Shown in pieces: positions 61,741 through 64,000 of a stretch of DNA of 64,000 nt. This DNA is from Girardia tigrina. Lineage: Eukaryota. The notes beneath the pieces were generated by a model that worked only from the letters and a program-made list of their open reading frames with translations, was not told where the DNA came from and did no database searches. Both the position numbers and the translations under genes were made by a program. The stretch spans positions 1-64,000 of the forward strand of contig MQRK01235125.1 in NCBI GenBank assembly GCA_001938485.1, read 5' to 3'. Position 1 is the first letter of the stretch, and the number at the start of each line of letters is the position of its first letter.

Positions 61741-63380
61741 GTGATGGGACCTAGTTTGTTCAACTTGGTCTTCGATGAAGTGATCAAAATGGCTATAGTG
61801 AAAGTATTCAGGGTAGGTGTCAGCCTGATCGATGAGCAAGGCATTGAATTTCAAATGAACAGATTTGCATATGCAGATGACCTCTGTATCATCGACTCTG
61901 ATATTGATCGAGCCTGTAAAAACCTGGATATACTAAAGAGCTTTTTACTGAAGTTTGGACTGACAATAAGACAAAAGTCATATGCTTTACTGACGAATCA
62001 GGCTTTGGAATATCGAAAGTCAAATGTGGTGAGAAGGTCATAGAATGGGTGAAAGAATTCTGTTATCTCAGAAGTATATTGACCACTAGTGGTAGCTGCA
62101 ACCGCGATATTAGTCAACGAATATGAAATGGAATGCGGAAGCTTAAAGAATTGCAAACTGCAATTCAGAGTAACCGCTTCCAAATAGTATTGAAGAGAAA
62201 ACTTATTGAGACCAGTATTTTTCCTGTGGTCTATTATGGTAGTGAGTGCTGGGCAACACCTGAGAAGAACGTTGTACGGTTTTTAGCCTCCCATAATAAC
62301 CACACGAGGACAGCTCTCAAGAAGACCAAACTCGACAAGATCCCGAATAAGGACATGACGATTGGACTAACTGGGACAAGAGTGATTCTAGCATAAAGAT
62401 GCATAGTATTCTATGAATACCATTCACGAAAGTGTGTAACTGAGGTTCGAAGAGTTCTAAACTCTGAGATCGCCTCAGAAAATCTCAGAATCAGCGACCG
62501 TAAAAAGTAACTGATGAGAGAGCGCATTGCTTTCTATGTGCTTTGGAAATTTAATGATCTGGCTGCTTTGGCAGAATACAGGGAAAGTCTAAACAAAAGA
62601 GGGCTTCTCGATAATGATGAGGTATTTAAACACCTGATCAAAGGAACCATATCTGAGCGATTGAAAAAAGTAGTCGAGCACGAGAAAGAATATCCAAAAA
62701 TGCTTCAGCCACGCATCAAAATATTAGTCTGCACATTTCCTTCTTGCTTTAAAGAATTTGCTGAGCAGAAGGAACTCCAAGACACATTAGAAATGTGTAT
62801 CTGGCCACAGCGCCGGGGGCACAGAGAGATGGTGGTTCATTCATATGTCCCATGGAGAACTGTCACAAAACTTATAAAACTAATGAATGGCTACAACGGC
62901 ATTTATTAATTGATCATAGAATCAAAGGCAACGGTACTACGAACATCAAAGTAGTACAAAGAGGAAAAACAGAAAGACGTACTGGACCTTTGAACTTGAA
63001 CGCGGAACATAATATACCAGTGTCTGTCTGTGTAACTGATGAGGACTGTGAAATAGTAATCCCTAGTTTGGTACTGAATTTTCGGCTGGATAATATAACG
63101 CATAAGGGAATGTTTTGCATTGTCTCTTTCCCCGTTGCACGAAGTAACATGAATGATAATTTCTCAGAGGGAAGCCAAAGCATGCAGGGGCATTAAAAGC
63201 TCGCACTTTTGCATCTGAAGCCGTGGGAGAGGATCAGAAAACTTTGTGTTTGTCAAATTGTTTCTACACTATACAGAGTCTATGATTAACTACCCTGTGC
63301 GCCAATGCTGAGTATTATTTGTAATACACAGTTATCCATAACAGTCGGGGGAGGCTAAACTAGTAATAAAAGTTTAATTC
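61741..63380 (+). mobile_element. 5'-truncated non-LTR retrotransposon (RTE-like RT) with C-terminal C2H2 zinc fingers
   Basis: GPSLFNLVFDEV, FAYADDL, FGLTI, EFCYL, IFPVVYYGSECW. Zinc fingers CTFPSC...H, CPMENC...HLLIDH, CLFPRC. AATAAA at ~63365. Confidence 0.85.
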
Positions 63381-64000
63381 ATAGGTATCTCAATCATCTC
63401 GTTAATTTTTTTTGTTAATCATCATCAGAATCGATCAATGAACCAGATTCACTTCACCAAGTCAAATCAACTTTGAGTTTTTGATTTTACATTTTTATAA
63501 GCTTTAGTTGATTGCAATATTTAGTTGAAAATTCGTAATATTTTGTATCAAAAACCAAAAAAATCCAATCTTTAAAAATGATTTATTTTAATACTCACAA
63601 TAATTGAAATTACTGACTTTCTTTTTTTAGCAGCACCACAATCAACGTTGCTCAGTAACGATTTAGATAAACAAAAACTTCAGAATTTTCTAGATCACAA
63701 GTTAAAACTTTTTTACTCAAATTCTCAGTAAAAATATTATTATAAAATTTTTCTTTAATAATAATAAAATTTTCCCTTTTGTAATAAAAATTACTTATTA
63801 TTTAATTTGGAACATCTCTAGAATTATTTTTCTAAAACTAACTGTGAAGGACAGGCTCACTCTAAAAATTTTTGAAACAACTAATTTTTATAAAGAATTT
63901 TCTAAAATATGGGAATATTTAAAATTAAAAGTTTTCTAAGCAATTATAATGTAAATATATATCTTAATTAATTTTAAAAAGTCATTTTCGGAAATAATCG

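Noticed and set aside
1-64000. CRISPR arrays, tRNA genes, operon-like systems, functional rDNA unit
   Set aside because: No repeat-spacer array or cloverleaf seen. Spliceosomal introns and the TE content show eukaryotic DNA, and the 18S piece is only ~280 bp.

Overview
Very AT-rich, repeat-dense eukaryotic (probably invertebrate animal) genomic DNA from a gapped draft assembly. It is not prokaryotic and I see no CRISPR array. Three host genes look intact: an intronless Dcp2-like mRNA-decapping Nudix hydrolase (9562-10263, -), an orphan class A GPCR with one 48-nt intron (17700-18728, +), and five catalytic-domain exons of a PDE4/dunce-like cAMP phosphodiesterase (37413-56282, -) whose introns range from 42 nt to 15.3 kb. 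The rest is mostly nested transposon debris: a near-complete Ty3/Gypsy element with both LTRs, a BEL/Pao element, several solo LTRs, mariner/Tc1/DD40D/Tigger/hAT/Harbinger/MULE elements, Penelope fragments with hammerhead ribozymes, and an RTE-like LINE. There are also scattered fragments of highly expressed genes (ADP/ATP carrier, beta-tubulin joined to a PP1-like piece, DDX5/Dbp2, 18S rRNA). The most striking observation is a complete but decayed ubiquitin domain ending in LRIRGG, fused in frame directly to the N-terminus of the BEL/Pao Gag. All calls come from manual reading and translation; no searches were run.
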